The notes under the pieces: model-generated | What the model saw: the letters and a program-made list of their open reading frames with translations, nothing else | Told to the model about the DNA's origin: nothing | Databases searched by the model: none | Assembly: GCA_964345105.1 (NCBI GenBank) | Contig: CAYFPZ010000063.1 | Coordinates: 1-46,781, forward strand | From: Candidatus Hadarchaeota archaeon | Lineage (GTDB): Archaea; Hadarchaeota; Hadarchaeia; Hadarchaeales; Hadarchaeaceae | Direction of reading: 5' to 3' | Length of the DNA stretch: 46,781 bases | In this document: positions 45,873 through 46,781 of the stretch, piece after piece | How positions within the stretch are numbered: position 1 is the stretch's first letter | How the letters are laid out: each line of letters begins with the position of its first letter | Made by a program: the position numbers and the translations under genes

Positions 45873-46781
45873 CTATCGCCAGATTCTGTCTGCAATTATG
45901 AGCCCAAACAAACAGGCGCCTATGCCGATGAAGAGGGGATCCGCATAGGCAGGCACGGCAACATAGGAGGAGATAGCTTTCCAGAAGATGGAAGCAAGGG
46001 CACCCGACAGCATACCCGCAAATGCTGTTCGCGCCCTTAACTTGAATTTATAGGAAAGAATTATCGGTAGAAGCATTCCGGATATCCAGACCGTTAGAAG
46101 GAAAACTATCGCATTCACGATCGTTTGGAGCCAAAATGCAATTATCAAACTAAGGATACCGAACATGACTATCGAGCCCCTTGCCACCAGCAGCATCCTT
46201 TTCTCACCTCCTTTCTTTCCCAAAAATCTGTAGATATCATTTGAAAAGCTGCTGGCTGCTACATGAAGATAGGAATCAGCCGTCGACATTACCGCTGCAA
46301 ACAAAGCTACCATGAAAAGCCCCCTAACCCCTACTGGAAGGAGCCCCATCCCTAGGTCTGGCAGGGCGGCATCAGCCAATTCCTCACCTCCGACAGGATT
46401 TTGAGCCCTAGCCATTAGGCCCGTCGTAATAATCGCAAAGTCGAAAATTATCCAACAGAGAATTGCGGTAAACAACGCCCTCCTAGAGATTTTCCAAGAA
46501 CTCGAGGAGAAAAACCTCTGGTAAAGTTGGGCGCTTACGAGCGGCAGAGTGCCTATGGTTATAGAAAGGACTAGAATATCCCAGATTGAAAGCCCACCCG
46601 ATATGGACTTGAAGTCAGGCGGGATGTTCTGCCAGATGCCACTAAAGCCCCCAACAGCTCCCAACCCCACCACGAGTAAAATCATCAGGCCCGCGCCCAT
46701 GAGGAAGAATTGCAAGATATCGGTTGATACGACCGCTCGGAGACCTCCAAGAAGTGTGTAAATGATTATCACAAAAGTTGC
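45873..46781 (-). CDS. Sodium:solute symporter family protein (5' part outside window)
   Basis: YTLLGGLRAVVSTDILQ, QRFFSS, GL...ALFAAVMSTADS. Confidence 0.9.
   Translation of the reverse strand, partial: ATFVIIIYTLLGGLRAVVSTDILQFFLMGAGLMILLVVGLGAVGGFSGIWQNIPPDFKSISGGLSIWDILVLSITIGTLPLVSAQLYQRFFSSSSWKISRRALFTAILCWIIFDFAIITTGLMARAQNPVGGEELADAALPDLGMGLLPVGVRGLFMVALFAAVMSTADSYLHVAASSFSNDIYRFLGKKGGEKRMLLVARGSIVMFGILSLIIAFWLQTIVNAIVFLLTVWISGMLLPIILSYKFKLRARTAFAGMLSGALASIFWKAISSYVAVPAYADPLFIGIGACLFGLIIADRIWR

Overview
Gene-dense archaeal chromosomal segment from an anaerobe. Gene content, GGTGA ribosome-binding sites and TATA promoters are archaeal; a Hadarchaeota-like lineage is my guess, not a database result. 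In order it holds: a partial radical SAM gene; an A/V-type ATP synthase split into divergent atpAB and atpHIKECFD units; secDF; trmI; the HMG-CoA synthase/thiolase/DUF35 cluster with two HTH regulators; mat; tgtA; an Lrp regulator; ribose-1,5-bisphosphate isomerase; a lower-GC group 3b [NiFe]-hydrogenase operon ending in a maturation protease fused to a cNMP-binding-like domain and a decayed hypA; nikR divergent from a small membrane protein; an HD hydrolase; and a Wood-Ljungdahl block (acs, RACo-type activator, cdhABCDE, cooC, mer, fdhD, mobA, ATP-grasp), then a partial Na+/solute symporter. The most unusual signal is a ~145-bp mosaic upstream of cdhA, stitched from two cdhA pieces and one mer piece. 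Two substitutions in the mer piece create a NikR-like box (GTATGA-N16-TATTAC) with the same geometry as a perfect operator (GTAATA-N16-TATTAC) beside nikR. I found no tRNA, rRNA, CRISPR array or mobile element.
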